Shown here: piece by piece, positions 1-12,925 of the stretch
Position numbering within the stretch: the first letter of the stretch is position 1
Layout: each line of letters opens with the position of its first letter
DNA from: Vicugna vicugna
Taxonomy: Eukaryota
Direction of reading: 5' to 3'
Assembly: GCA_013265495.1 (NCBI GenBank)
Contig: MU058636.1
Coordinates: 10,019,066 to 10,083,065 of the forward strand
DNA: 64,000 nucleotides
The notes under the pieces: model-generated
Database searches by the model: none
What the model saw: only the letters and a program-made list of their open reading frames with translations
What the model was told of the DNA's origin: nothing
Program-made: the position numbers and the translations under genes

Positions 1-2539
1 TCCAAGCTGGCCAGAAGCCCCACCCTGCACAGCCACACAAGAGGAAGATGCTGGGAGCAGAGAGGCTCCCTGGCAACGGCCTCCACCCAACTCAGGCCAT
101 GCCCCGAGGGGTGGGGGGGCCACCGGGACAAAAGGGCATTGTGTGTAAGAGAGGGAGGGAGCGTGGGGAGGAATGCACTGGCAATTTCTGAGCTGGCCTC
201 ACCCAGCTGTCTCACGGTAAAGGAAGGGACCACCATCGGGGGGCTGAGCGCCCACCGTATATGACAGGAGACCCACACTGATAGATGGAATTATTAGCTT
301 TCCTCCAAGGGAAGCAGGGCTTCATTTAGCCTGCATCATGTCACTTGATACAATGCCCCCGAGTATCCAGACGCTGCCTTATCGCATTCCCTTTGATCCC
401 CTTCAAATGGGGACATTAAAAAAGAGCCTGATAACATGTTTCTAAAAGGAAACCCCCGCCTCCTTTTTTTTTTTTTCCCTACGAGGAGGAGTAGAATCAT
501 TGGTTTCCAAAAGGGGGCCCTGAGGAGAAGAATCCGTTTTAACAGCATCTTCTTTTTGCTGAATTGTGTCTTCCCTTTACACTGCGGCATTATTCTCTGC
601 CCCTTTGACACAGCCAGCTGCCTTTCACATTCCAGCTCAGGAACAGGCTGGCTTCAGGCTGTAACAGGCACCGGCTTCCAAAGCCCTTTCTCTCGATGAG
701 TCACGTTAGCCCATGTGAGCCCGTGAACCCCGTCCCGAGATTCCTAGACCTTTGTTTCTTCGACGAAGTGCATTGGTGGGTGCACAGCTCCAAGTACAAA
801 AACAACACCTGTTTAAGGACCCTGCCTTACCGTGGAGTGAAATAATGAACTATATAGTGGATGGTCTGGCTCCTATCACATTCAGGTTCATCCTGTTATC
901 AACTCAGCAGACAGAGGAAGTGACCTCACGCACCCAAGTTCTCCTTTGAACCTGGGGGTGCATACTGAGATCTTGTCTGGAGCTGAGCACTCTGGGCAGG
1001 AAGCATCACACTTGGACCTTCTGTTAAACGCTTTTATATATATTAAAAAAAAATTAGGTCGAGCCATGAGTTTCAGAACCAGAAATTTTGAATTCCATCC
1101 TGCGAATGGTGAAAAAAAGATCTATGAAATCTGCTGTTGGTAAAGTTATGAAGCTGAGGACACGTTCTCCCCAAGTGTCTTGAAATTTAAATCCTGTTGT
1201 CCAAAGCACGGATATGCAGGGGGTAAGAAATGCTCAATTGAGCAGGCTTTCATGGAACCAGTGAAGCAAATCTGTCTAACACTAGTCACTCGTGTCTCTC
1301 TTTGCCAGAATATTCCAAGTCCGGCCGCCCCCCTCCCCCAGGTCTGTTTGCTGGCTGTTTTTCTCTCCCCTGTAAACGAGCTTTATAAACTAGTTATCTT
1401 GGGTCTTTCTCAGTGAGTGACGGCTCTGGGAACTCTCAGTGTGGATCTGAACAGCATGCAAAATCATTTTACTTTTAAGACAAAAGACATTAGCTTCCCG
1501 GCGCTTTCTTGGCCATCTCCACCTCTCTTCCCTTCCACCCTGCTTTCCCTCTCTCCCCTCCCCCCTCCACATGGCACCAAATAAAATGCTTAGAGAACGA
1601 AGGGCACAGCTGCCCTTTCTTCCCAATAAAACAATCAAGAATGATGGCGAATTTAATATATTTGATTAGAGAAACTCCAATTTGGTGCACTTGAATCAGC
1701 CGCCTTTGTCTTCAGCTCTCGATGGCCTGATTTCAGTGGAACAGCCTCTCCTGTCCACTGCCAGCTCCCTAGAGTGGGGAGAAAACTCAGCCTCTGAAAG
1801 CATTTGCTTGGCAGGCTCAGAAACAGGGGATTTGTGCTGTGGAAGATGCCAGGCTGGTTTCTCACTAATCAGAGGGAGCACTTCATTAAATCATGACCAC
1901 TTACTGGTGACCCTGGGAGTTGTAAGCCCCAGGGGCTTGTGGTCCTCTTTAGCAATGTTAATTTTGCCTGGATTTTATTGCTTTTCTTAGCTGATATTCA
2001 CTGTTAAAATTCAGGCCTGAATCCTGTTCAAACAGCCCAGGAGATTCTAGTGCTCAAACTGCACAGAAGAAATTCAGAGAATAATAATTGCATTTACATA
2101 TGGAGCTCCTTTCATCCAAAGAACAAGTATAACCCTAATAGAAAATTAGAAAATGTGTCATAATTTCCCCACAAGGTGTTGTTAACAGACTCTGAAATAC
2201 TGCCCAGGCAACCCCTACCTTACAGGATGCTTGAAAAGGAATTGATCTCAAGGGGAGTTTCGAAGCCAGGAAAATGCTGCTTTTTTGTACTTAAAGTTTA
2301 TGGAGATTTTTCTGAAGGGCTCTCATTAAATATTCTAAATAAATATATGCTCAACAAATACGTCCGACAATGAATTAAGGGTGAGAATCTAAATTACTCT
2401 CAAAGACCGACTGGAACGCTATGTAAGTTCACAGAGGTTTCTTGACTCTACTTCATTTCCTACCGTTGCCAAAATCAGAGACTGAACTTCGGATGGACCA
2501 GGTCCCCGGGACTGCTAAACTCATTCTCTACACTTCTAT

Positions 2540-3110
2540 AAAGAAAAAGTCCCGCGTCTCCGGGTATCCACCCCAAATCGGCCGCCTAGCCCAGCGCCTG
2601 CGCAGTAACTTCTCTACGCGATTCCGTGGTAGGAGTGCAGAGCCGGAGAACCACCGCCAGGCTAGGAATAGCCTCCGGGTTTCTGAGTTCCAGCGTCCAT
2701 GCCGATCTGTGAGTCAGCCTGTCAACAACGCTGACAAGGTACGCACTGGGCCCTGCTAGGCCCAGGGAGGGTGGCGCCCTGTCTGCGCCAGGCCTGGGTG
2801 AGCATCACACCAACGCCCGGGGGTGGGTGGGGTGAGGAGGTGAGTGCTTCACCCAGAGACCGATGTGTGCACATCAGCTTTGCAGGCGCTGCCAGCCCCT
2901 GTCCTCCGAGGAGGCCTGGACTTGCTTTGGCTTAACATTCCAAGGGCCTCTGGTCCTGGGGCAAGAAAAATGAGCCCGGCCTTCCAAGCAGGGCCAGTTT
3001 CTTAAGATCGGCATCAGCAGCCAGCTTCAGAGCCCCAGGGCGGGCGTGCGGGAGAAGGTTCTGAGCTGGCCGAGGTGAGCCAGCCCCACGCCGAAGCCCC
3101 CAAGATGAAT
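2540..3110 (+). promoter_or_regulatory. CpG-rich promoter candidate / putative first exon
   Basis: Local CpG enrichment; NRF1-type GCGCCTGCGCA at 2594-2604; AP-1 TGAGTCA at 2710-2716; + strand donor-like sites AAG|GTACGC (GT 2739) and GAG|GTGAGT (GT 2840); G-runs at 2819-2832. Confidence 0.55.
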
Positions 3111-4125
3111 AGGAGGACTTTGGTTCCAAGGACACAACCAAGGGCTGCTTTTACCTCCCTTTTAGGGTGAAAGTTGGGTTTTAAGATTCTTATTGTAGAA
3201 GAATGAATATGAAAAGCATTTTGCAGCCTCTTATGGCATTGTGTTATCATAATGGAATGCTCTCCCCGCCCAGTCTGGCTTACTGGCCCCCAGACCTTGC
3301 CAACAATTGTGCAGTTCCTCAGCATGAGTGTCGCTGTGGGGACAGCTTCCTGAGCCTGAGCCTAGGAGGCAGTGACTGCTTCAGGCTGGAAAGACGGGCC
3401 TGGCGGGCCCAGCAACCCCCGCCACCCCCATCCCGTGCATCCACCCGTCCGGCACAGACACCCGGGGCACGCCTCTCACTTGGGCAGTTTTTCTCCTCCT
3501 TCTGGGAGCATCCAGGACCCGCCTGGGAAGTTTAATACCCCAACAACTGCAGCTGTGTGAAGCCATCATTGTCTTCATCGCAACACACAATGGGTTCCAG
3601 AAAAGAAAAACAAAATACTCTTTAACCAGTGTGCTGTACGCCAAACGGGAAAACCAGAGTCCAGGGCAAAGGGTCTTCCTCGACGAACCAGAGCCAGGGG
3701 TGCTCGCATCTGCGATACTGCTTTGCTTGGTGGCCAGAGCTCACGCCCCCTGAGCAGAAAGATGTGAGCAGGCTGCCCTAGAACTGAGCGATTCAGAGGG
3801 AGGTTCTGAACTGCCAAAGGAAAACCAGCTTTGTTCTTAAGCCACCACGCGTCTGAAGGATGCTTGTGCAGGGAAGGGTGACAGGTTCTTTTCCATCCGC
3901 ACCAGAACTGAGGCAGGAGCCATGAACCCCAGCTGTGGCTCGTGGGATCTGGGGTAGACATGAGGAGAGTTTTCCAGACGGAGGAATGTTCGGCCGTGGA
4001 ATATGTCGCGGAGAGAGGATGTTGGAACATTGCTGAAGAGTGAATGTGTCTGGCTAGTTACGTGTGGTGAGGCGCTCAAGTCTGGATTCTCGGGAACCCC
4101 CAGCTGGCCAGGTGGTGATAACGGT

Positions 4126-4151
4126 GTTTTGTTTTGTTTTGTTTTGTTTTG
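4126..4151. repeat. (GTTTT)n microsatellite
   Basis: About five tandem GTTTT units seen directly. Confidence 0.9.
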
Positions 4152-7100
4152 AAATTCCTAGTTGTCGGGGTCCGGCCATCACATCTTTTCCTCAGAATCA
4201 CCCTTATTTGGAGGGAGAGCACTGCCTTCCACGCCCCCTTGGCTGATTCCAGTCTCACCAGCCTCTTTTGAATCTTAGCTCAGGAAATGCCTCCCTGGGT
4301 CACCTCTTCCTTTCCTGCTCGCGGTGCAGAACCCCAAATTCCAAGGGTGGAACTATTGTCGAAGGCGTGTCTGGTGGAGCTTACTCTGTTTTTCTTTTCC
4401 TTTTTCTTCATAGAATTTCATCCCCTTCCGTGTGTGTTTTCAGCGGCCAGGCTGATCTTCCACAGGAGGGTGATGTCAGCAAACCCAGGAAGCGCTCCGG
4501 GCCAGGAAGGCCTCAGACGCAGGAGGATGCAGTTATGGGTCTCCTGGCGGAGTGCTCTGTCCACCGGATGTGACAGGAAAAGGCTCAGAGACACACCAGG
4601 ACGGGCTGCCCGGGGGCTACCGGCCGCTCCAGTCCGGGAACTCAGCTTCTCCAACACAAAGTTGGAGGGAAAGGACTACAGGTTTGCTGAGATGCTTGGA
4701 GGGCACAAGCTGAACATAAACCAGTCACCATTCCTCTGCCCAAAGCGAAGCTGAACCAAAAGAAAATAAATCAGATGTCCTGGGATGGCACCGGTGTCCT
4801 GAACCACCCACTCGTAACTGTCCCGTCAGGAGCTTGTGCCAAAGACCAGCAGCCAGCTTTCTTCATATTCACCCTTGGACCCCTGCCAGCCAGCCCTGGC
4901 ACAGTCTACACACTGAGCGTGGACACGCAAAGCATCCTAGACTCGCCCACCTTCCTCCCTCTGCACCCTCCCTCCTTTCTTCCTCATCACCGTCACCACT
5001 ACCAACGTTATCTACATGACTCAGATGTAGGTGACCTGACTTCAGAGTGCTCACAAACACCCCTTCCCTTATGGGTGATGTGCTCTAAAGGAGCTGTCAA
5101 ACTTACAGGTAGAAAAGTTATTTCAATAACTGTAGACAGTTGTTTTCATACATAGAATGTGTCAGCATAGCTTTTATGTCATTGACACGGTGTCATATAT
5201 AAAAAGGAAGGAACTAGTTAGATTAGTATCTATCCAAATTCGTAACTGGTAGTGTTGAATGAGGTACCCTGCACATGGAATACAAAGCAAAGGTACACGC
5301 TTTTAATTCTGGAAATATTCATACTTAACATTTAAGATTGTGTTTCAAGATGTGCCTACTCCTGGCCATCACAGCGATGCCAGAGTCACAGCTTCTCAGA
5401 GAGTCAGGTGTCCATCAGAACTCTCACCTGGCCAGAGGCCCTCACGGAGGACAATATGGTCCCTACCGAGGATGGCAAAGAGAGAGGATGGCAAAGGCAT
5501 GCCTGGCTTATTCTCATGCACTCCAGCTGAAGACTAAGTGCATCCAGGATGCCCTCTGATGCTCAGAAGAAGGTAAGTGTGGGCCCTGACATCCAATTGG
5601 ATTCTAGCTTGCATCACCACTGCTCCAGGAAGGACCAGCCAATGAGACATTTGATGCATGTCAGCCAAGTGACCCAAACTCAGGGCAACACATATGAAAA
5701 ATAAGTCACAGATGGTGAGCTTTTTGAGCACAGAAACAGTGTCTTCCTCAACTAAGCATCCTCATTGCCTGGTAAAATTCCTGTTTCACAGTCGTTCATA
5801 AATGCTAGCTGCTGGTCTGTGCACCGATATATTTCTCCAAGGCTCAAACATCAGAAAACCATCAGAGAATTCCAAGATGGTGAGGAACAATAAGGGGTGG
5901 TGTGTTAATGTTGCTCGTAAGAAGACAACTTGGTAGGAGGACGGATAAGTAGGATTTGGTCCTAAAGGTTCAGAGTAAATGCAGGCAAAGGATTAGTTGT
6001 GGATTTACCTGTATCATTCAACACCTGTATTCCCAGATGTGCGTGATAAGAAAGACCAACCCAGCCACTGCCTAGGATAAGGAGACCCCAGACAGCTAAA
6101 ACAGGAAGGATACACACCAATACAAAGAGTAACTTGATGAGTAAACAGCTCCCAGAATGCGATCTCCTCCCAACCCTGCTCCTCCGAATTGTACCTCTTT
6201 GGAATAAAGGGAATTCTTCTGGGACTAAGGCTGTACGCTGAGTCTGTGCCTTTCTGTAGGGCAGGAGAGAATGCATGTGCCCCCTAAACAACGCATGCAT
6301 CAGTGGATACCTGCTCACCGCCTGCAGAGCACCCGAGAGAGAGAACTGGATTAATGATCGTCATTAGAAGCATTACTGTTAGTATTATTAGCAGCCAGCG
6401 CACTCTGTGCCGTGTCTAGTAATTGAATTGAAAGATGATAATAAAGAAATGCTCAGTTCCAGAGGATAGATGGGAAAGAGACACACAGATGGATGCAGCT
6501 TGCTTAGAGTTGCAGACCGTTACCAGCCTTAATAAGAAATCGATGGTGTGCCATTGGATGCAGTATTTAGGGCATACTAAATATGTCTTAAAGATGTATA
6601 GACCTTGCTTCTAGAACCTTTCTTTCAAAACCAAATGAGTATAACTGAAACAACTGCCATATCTACAGAAATCTGAAAGTACGCTGAAATGTACGCAATT
6701 ATGAAAGAGATGTCTTAAAACGCCATGGCCATTACTGCAGTGCCGTGAACTTTCTCGTTTGAAAGGCAGTACCAGTGTCTTCCAGTGGATATTTCTAGGT
6801 TCCCAGGGAATAAGCAAGACTGAAAAAGCCGCCTGGCTACTCCTTTGCTTCCAACCATGTACAGAGACAGCATTTAAAAGGGACAGAACATGAGGAAACA
6901 GGACAGGATGAGGAAAGAGCATAAACAGGCTCGTGTCTCGGTGGAACGTCTGAGGTTTACCACCGTCCCATCCACTGAATCCCCAGCAAGCTGATAATGA
7001 GGAGCCCTTAATGCATTTGCCGCCTCTGACTAGTGTCGGCCCAGCATGCAGTCGTCTAAGTGATACCACAACAATGCTAGGGCACACATTAAGCACTTAT

Positions 7101-7301
7101 TGTAATAGCCAGACTGCTGAGCGGGAGACATAGGAGGAGACGGGGCAGGGAGAATTAAAGGTGCCCTGGACTGCACGTGCCCACCGCTATCAGGCCGCAG
7201 TGCCGGCTCCAACAGGCTACAGGGTGATGACAGCAAAGAACCAATTTATCAAAAGGTTGCTGGTGGGATCCCTCTATTTTTAGGTTAAAACACGTAATAG
7301 A

Positions 7302-7530
7302 CCAAGAGTGAACCCTTGTAAACAATGGACTTTAGGTGATAATGAAGCATCAGATAGGGTCACGGACTGTAAAAGTGAGCCACTCTGGTGCAGGACATCG
7401 ATAGTGGGAGATGCTGGGCGTGTTGGGGGTGGGGGTGGGGAAGATAACGGGAAATCTCTGTGCCTTTTACTCAGTTTGGCTGTGAACCTAAAACTGCTCT
7501 AAAAAATAAAGTCACATGTAAAGAAATAAA
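7302..7530 (+). mobile_element. Old L1 (L1MC-like) 3' end
   Basis: Resembles recalled L1MC 3' UTR (tgtaaacaatggactt...gggaaatctctgt...gctgtgaacctaaaactgctctaaaaaataaag) ending in an A-rich tail. Confidence 0.85.
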
Positions 7531-7817
7531 TAGTCCAAAGCAGAGCTAGGATGTATTGCGGTCCCTGCAGCAAATACAGTGATCTCACATATCAATCAGC
7601 CTCACCCAGTGAGGAGGGAAAAGGAGGCAGTGTCGAAAGTCTACGTGTGACTCTGACTCAAACCATCCTACCTCCTACTCCAAAGAAAAAGTGGCTCCCA
7701 AATTTGTCCTGTTAACATATTTCCAAGCTTCTTAACCACATATTTTTTAACCTTCAAACAACTTGAAAGAGTAGCTGACTTTTTCATTATTGCCACGATT
7801 CTAGATCTGAACACCTC

Positions 7818-8391
7818 TGTATTCATTTCCTGTTGCCATTGTGTAACAAATTACCAACAAAACAGAAGCTAAAACACCACCAATTTGCTATCTTGCAGTT
7901 TGGTAGGTCAAAAGTGGTTCTCGGCAGACCAAAGTCAAGGTGTCAGCAGGTTCCATTGTCGGTGTTCCATTCCGGGGGCTCTAGAAGAGAATCCATACCT
8001 TCCTTATGCAGCTTGTTGGCAGAATTCCTTGCAGTTGTAAGAACAAGATCTCCATCTCCTTCACAGCTGTACACTAGAGACCACGTCCAGCTTCTAGAGG
8101 TCACCACATTCCCTGGCTCATGGCCCCCTTTCTCCATCTACACAGCCAGCGGTAGTGGCTTGAGGGGTCACCATATCACTCCAGCCCACTTTTCCTGCCT
8201 CCTCTTTCACTGATAAGGACTCATGTGATTAGAGTCCTCATCTGGTTAACCATTCCCTCATGTGGAGAACCTCCCCGACTCAAGGTGCACACCTCAAGTC
8301 ACACCTGCAAACTCTGCCGTGGAAGATGGGCTGTTCACAGGTTCCAGGGATTAGGGCAGGTACATCTTTGGGAACCATTCTGCCTACCACA
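7818..8391 (-). mobile_element. MLT1 (ERVL-MaLR) solo LTR
   Basis: Reverse-orientation MLT1 termini: tgtattcatttcctgttgcc..taacaaattacca at left and ccattctgcctaccaca at right; internal ggctctagaagagaatcc. Confidence 0.85.
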
Positions 8392-9145
8392 CTTTCCTGA
8401 ACCTACTAATACGTGGCCCTGCACCCACAGTGCTTTCGGAACTGCCTCCCCTGGGGTCATCCTGAATACTTAAATGCTAAATCTGTCTCCTCTTTATGTG
8501 ACCGTTCTGCAGTGTTTGACGTTGACATGACCCATTTATTGCAGCCCTTGGCTTCCACTTGCTACAATGCTCTCTGCTCTTCTGCTGCTAGGGCCACCCC
8601 TTACTGAATCCTTAATTCATGTCTCTGCTTCTTTCTCTGAAGGCTGTGGCTTCACTGATACATCTTCACCTTTGTATCCAGCTCTCCCGGACCTACGTTC
8701 TGAATCATGACTGCCTTCTGAGCAGCTCTGCTCAGGTGACCTGTAGGCTCCTTTTCTCCCCAGAACCAACCAGCGTTATAAACCTCATCACGACAGCACC
8801 AGACCTCGTTCTTCCATGGCTGATTCTACGGAGTCATTATCTCCTCCTGCCTATTCCTCCCACCCCACACCGGGTCCATCAACGTGCCCTGCCTGTCCCA
8901 TCTCCTGAGTATCTCTTGAGTCTGCACTGTTCTCTCTCTTCCTGCTGCCACTGACTGGTGATGTTCAGGCTCCCAGTATCAGTCCCTAGACTATGGTTGC
9001 AGCCTCCCATCCTTGTGTCCTGTCCCACCCACTCCCAGCTGTTCTTCACATTGTCACCAGACACAGATGTAATTCTTTCCACTCTGTTTAAAAACATTGG
9101 TTGCTGTCCGTTGCCTCCCAGTGTCACATCTAGCTCATGATGCGT

Positions 9146-9167
9146 ACACACACACACACACACACAC
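9146..9167. repeat. (CA)n microsatellite
   Basis: About 11 CA units. Confidence 0.9.
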
Positions 9168-9234
9168 GCCTCTAGCATCACACTGGGCTCTAGGCTTATC
9201 ACCTGCCCTTCTCTCACTTTCTATTCATACTTGC

Positions 9235-9393
9235 AGAGTAGTCTGCAAACCAGCAGCGTCAGCATCACCAGGGAGCATGTTAGAAATACAGACCCTCTGG
9301 CCCTACCCAAATCTATGTACTCAGCATCTGAATTTTAGTGAGACTTCTACTCAAGTTCTATGCACATTAAAGGTTGAGATACATCGCTCTAGA
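9235..9393 (+). mobile_element. MER5A hAT-Charlie MITE
   Basis: accagcagcgtcagcatcaccagggagc..tgttagaaat..cag...tgcacattaaaggttgaga resembles MER5A. Confidence 0.8.
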
Positions 9394-11139
9394 GCTGTGC
9401 TCTCCAGAGCAGTGTGACCTTCAGAGTACAGAAACACCTTTATTTTCAAGTGTAATCCCTTCCATTTTAATTTGGATTTTTACACATATTTTATGAATCA
9501 CTGACCATTGTAACCAATCATCCCTACCTTTCACGTCCTTGTGCTTTTGCTTACATTATTTCCTCTGCCTGAAATAATCTTCCTTCTCCTCACTAACCAA
9601 AACTAGCTTCTGCATCCTCCAGCATCACCTCCTCCAAGAAGCCTTCCCTATCCCTTTAAACTGGTCATTGCCCCCACTTCCACACTCTTATAATATGACA
9701 TTCTTACTGAATTGTTTGTTTGCATGTTCATCTTCCCCATTAGCTTGTGAGCTCCTCAAGTATTCGAACTCTGTTATCTGTGTGTCCTCAGTTTATAGCA
9801 TGGTGATATTTTCTAGCTAAACAAATGAATATCTAACTTTAAAAAGTCAGCTATGTTTTAAATACTTTTTTAATTTTTCACGTTTCTATTCAAAACCAAA
9901 GACAGTTGTTTTCTGATCTCTTTCCTCAGAGCATACATTCTGACTGACTTCTGGTTAGCATCATACCAGCTGGACAGCTGAACAGAGAGCTGAAAGCAGA
10001 CAGAGTTTGCTCCTCACTCACCTGTAACCAATCCAGAGCATTTCAGATCAGTACTCTGTGTCTATTTGGTGAGGATATATACTATAAGGGAGAGAGAAAG
10101 ACAGATGCCTGGAATCAAATGCTTAGCCTCTTTTGCTTTGACCAGGCTTTGACCTTGACAAATGCTTCAAGACCATCTCATGCCAATACTGTAACCCCTA
10201 GAGCAAAGCCCTCATTTCAAAGAAATTATTTTGTTTTTCTGTTTGTTCCCTGGTAGCACTGACTGATTCTGACCCCAACTGGTAAACTACTAATGGGTAT
10301 TAAGCTCATTAGTGGAAGTCTGCCATCTTAAAACAAAATGGCAGCTAATAAATTTTTCAGATAGGCATGCTTCCCTAAATCTTTTACAACAAAATTTGCT
10401 GTGTTCAAAGAGGTCAAAGAGACTTACTGTTGGACTTAATCCGTCTCTTCATATGCAACCTTGTGCCCTATATACCCTACAGGCTTACTGTGAAGGTCTA
10501 ATGAGATAATACATGTAAAAAAATTAGACATTTTACAACTCTATACAAACAGATGCATGTCATTTTCATTCAGAGCATTAAGTGTTTTTTTTTCCAATGA
10601 CCTGTCAGATCTCACGTCTTCTGGGAAACAGTCACACCTTCTACACTTTCTTCAGGGCTCCTTTTTCCTGTCTTTCTGTTGTTCTTCTCACCCTCTTTCT
10701 GAATTTGAAGGGATACATAGAGCCCTTAAAATAGTCATTCTATAATGTGTACAGGGCAACTGCTTACAGAATACACCCGTTCATTTCATTTACTGGGTTT
10801 AATCAGGATTTGAATAAATTATACATCTTTTCCCTCCCTGAAATTTCATGTAACTGTCACTGCATAGAATTATAATTAAAGCTAAAAAGGTGACATTATC
10901 CCCTATTGTTCTAATACCCCAGGCCTGCTATCATACGTTATCTGCTTCTAACAAGATGGGTGGGCACTTGTCATGTGGGGAGAGTAGGCAGGCAGCAGCT
11001 AGGGAGAAAGTAGGAAATAATAGGAAAGATGGACACTCAAAGTATTGGTCTCGCTGAGGCCTCACCAAAATCTGTTTTGTATCTATCTCCTTTCAACTAT
11101 TCAATACAGTACAATGTATGTAGGAACCACCCAAAACTG

Positions 11140-11600
11140 AATTCACCCAGCTCTGTTCACTCCCAGGACTACACTGTGCCAGATTCCATAACTAAAACAG
11201 CTAACTAAAACATACAAAGACTTGATTCTTACAGATCGAAATAACTAAAAACTCGCAAAATAACTGAAACAGAAATTAACATGAAACAGAAAAAAAGATA
11301 CACAGTAGAGCTAACAGTTAGGAATAATCTAGGACAGCAGAGAGGGATTCATTTTGATTTAGAGTATGAAGAAAACCTTCTCAAAGTAGGTAGCCTTTGA
11401 CCAGGGCCCCACGGCAGCTGAGAATCGGGCAGGCGAGGTGGGCAGGGATTCCCACGAGAAGGAACAGAGGGTAAGGGCAGGCATGGGTGTGGCAAAGAGC
11501 AATTATCTGCACAGAGGAGGGGATTGCAGTGTGCTCTGCAGTGGGTCTGTTATACACAGCAAACAGTCTTGGTTCCGAATGCAAAATGAGTAACCACGGT
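11140..11600 (-). mobile_element. Degraded L2 3' region
   Basis: Purine-rich segment typical of antisense L2 (gaagaaaaccttctcaaagtaggtagcctttga...). Confidence 0.4.
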
Positions 11601-12129
11601 ATTTAGTTCTGTGTCTTTTTATTTAGCCGGTTCACTAATGTGTAATTTACATACAGTAAAATTTTCCGAAGTGTACTTATTTTAACATCTAGCATAGGGC
11701 CCACTGCCTAACAGACAGCCCTGCACGTGGCAGAGATGCAACAGGTACTGCAGAGGGGATCAACGGTCTGCCACCAGTTTGGTCTGATTTCACTTAAGAA
11801 ACTGTCTTCTTTTTCCATAGGACTTTTTTGGTAAACCGCTGAGCTCACAGGCTAGATAATGCTAATGTCTATCTTGACAGTGGCCTGATTTCTCAAAGGT
11901 CCCTTGATATCACCAACTCTCCACTTACTCATTTAGAAATGATTGTGTAAATGTCAACTCTCTCTCCAGAGTCTCAGGACATTTGGGTTGCAAATAGCCG
12001 TAAGGAATCCTGAACAAAATGTGAGGCAGGACATCTGATATTATTTTTCACTTTATGATGAATAGATGACATTTCTGAGACTCTGTGAAAGGAAGAGGTT
12101 GGGTCTTATTGCGGGGGGATATTAGATTG

Positions 12130-12335
12130 AGGAGAAAGCAGTCACCTTCCATTGCTTGAGGCCCATTTTCACATTCATTCTCTCCACTTATGCTCACATA
12201 TGCAAAGCAGGTATTATTTGCCTAATTTGATAGATAAGGAAAAGGACTTGAGAGCTGAGTGACTCATTCAAGGTCACAGACATTGGAATCTCAAGCAACA
12301 GACTCAGGACTAAAACTCAAGTTCTACTGTAGTGC
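12130..12335 (-). mobile_element. MIR SINE
   Basis: ggtattatttgcctaatttgatagataaggaaaagga..gagtgactcattcaaggtcacag resembles the MIR core. Confidence 0.7.
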
Positions 12336-12419
12336 TCTTTAAGAGCAATCACAAGACACTTTTTAATGAAGGGAAAAGAGTGGAAATCGCCTTTCAGACA
12401 CTACCTTTGACCAGCGTAC

Positions 12420-12925
12420 CTGTCAGGGCTCAGTTTCAGGAAACAGAAAGTACCAAAGCTATTTTAAACGGAGAGGGATTTAACACAGGGAATTCAATTC
12501 AGTGCATACAAAATCGTTGGAGGGGCTAGAAGGATTAGGCTATAGGCTGGCTCTCCAGCAATGACCTGACCCCTCAGGGGAGCTGCTCCCAAACAGCAGG
12601 TGGAGAGTTGGCAGGCTGCCCGCCACAGGAATGGCTGCGTTCCCGAGCACAGCTCCAGAGCTGTGGAATCTGGAGACTATCAGCAGGCTGCTACGATCAC
12701 CTCTCTACTCACATGAGCCACCGATTATGCAATAGAATGTTGCTACAGAGAAGAGCAGCATCTTTAGGACCTTGTTTGCCAGCAACAGGGGCGGAAGCTG
12801 CAGAATTCCTACCCTTTGTCATATTTCCCCATTTCAAATCTCGCATGAGTGCCTCTGACTGAGGAAGCCTGCTTTGCATCCATAACCCTCGCTGCAAGGG
12901 ATGCTGGGAGCTGTATTGTTAGCAT
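12420..12925 (-). mobile_element. Old MLT1-family LTR (MLT1N2/L-like)
   Basis: tgtcagggctcagtttcaggaaacagaaa...gagggatttaacacagggaatt start and ccctcgctgcaagggatgctgggag end. Confidence 0.65.

Larger units (their letters stand above)
8480..9830 (+). mobile_element. Fragmented L2 LINE, interrupted by (CA)n and MER5A
   Basis: CT-rich L2-like body; 3' end tgtgagctcctc...tgtgtcctcagt...aaacaaatgaat near 9745-9830. Confidence 0.65.
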
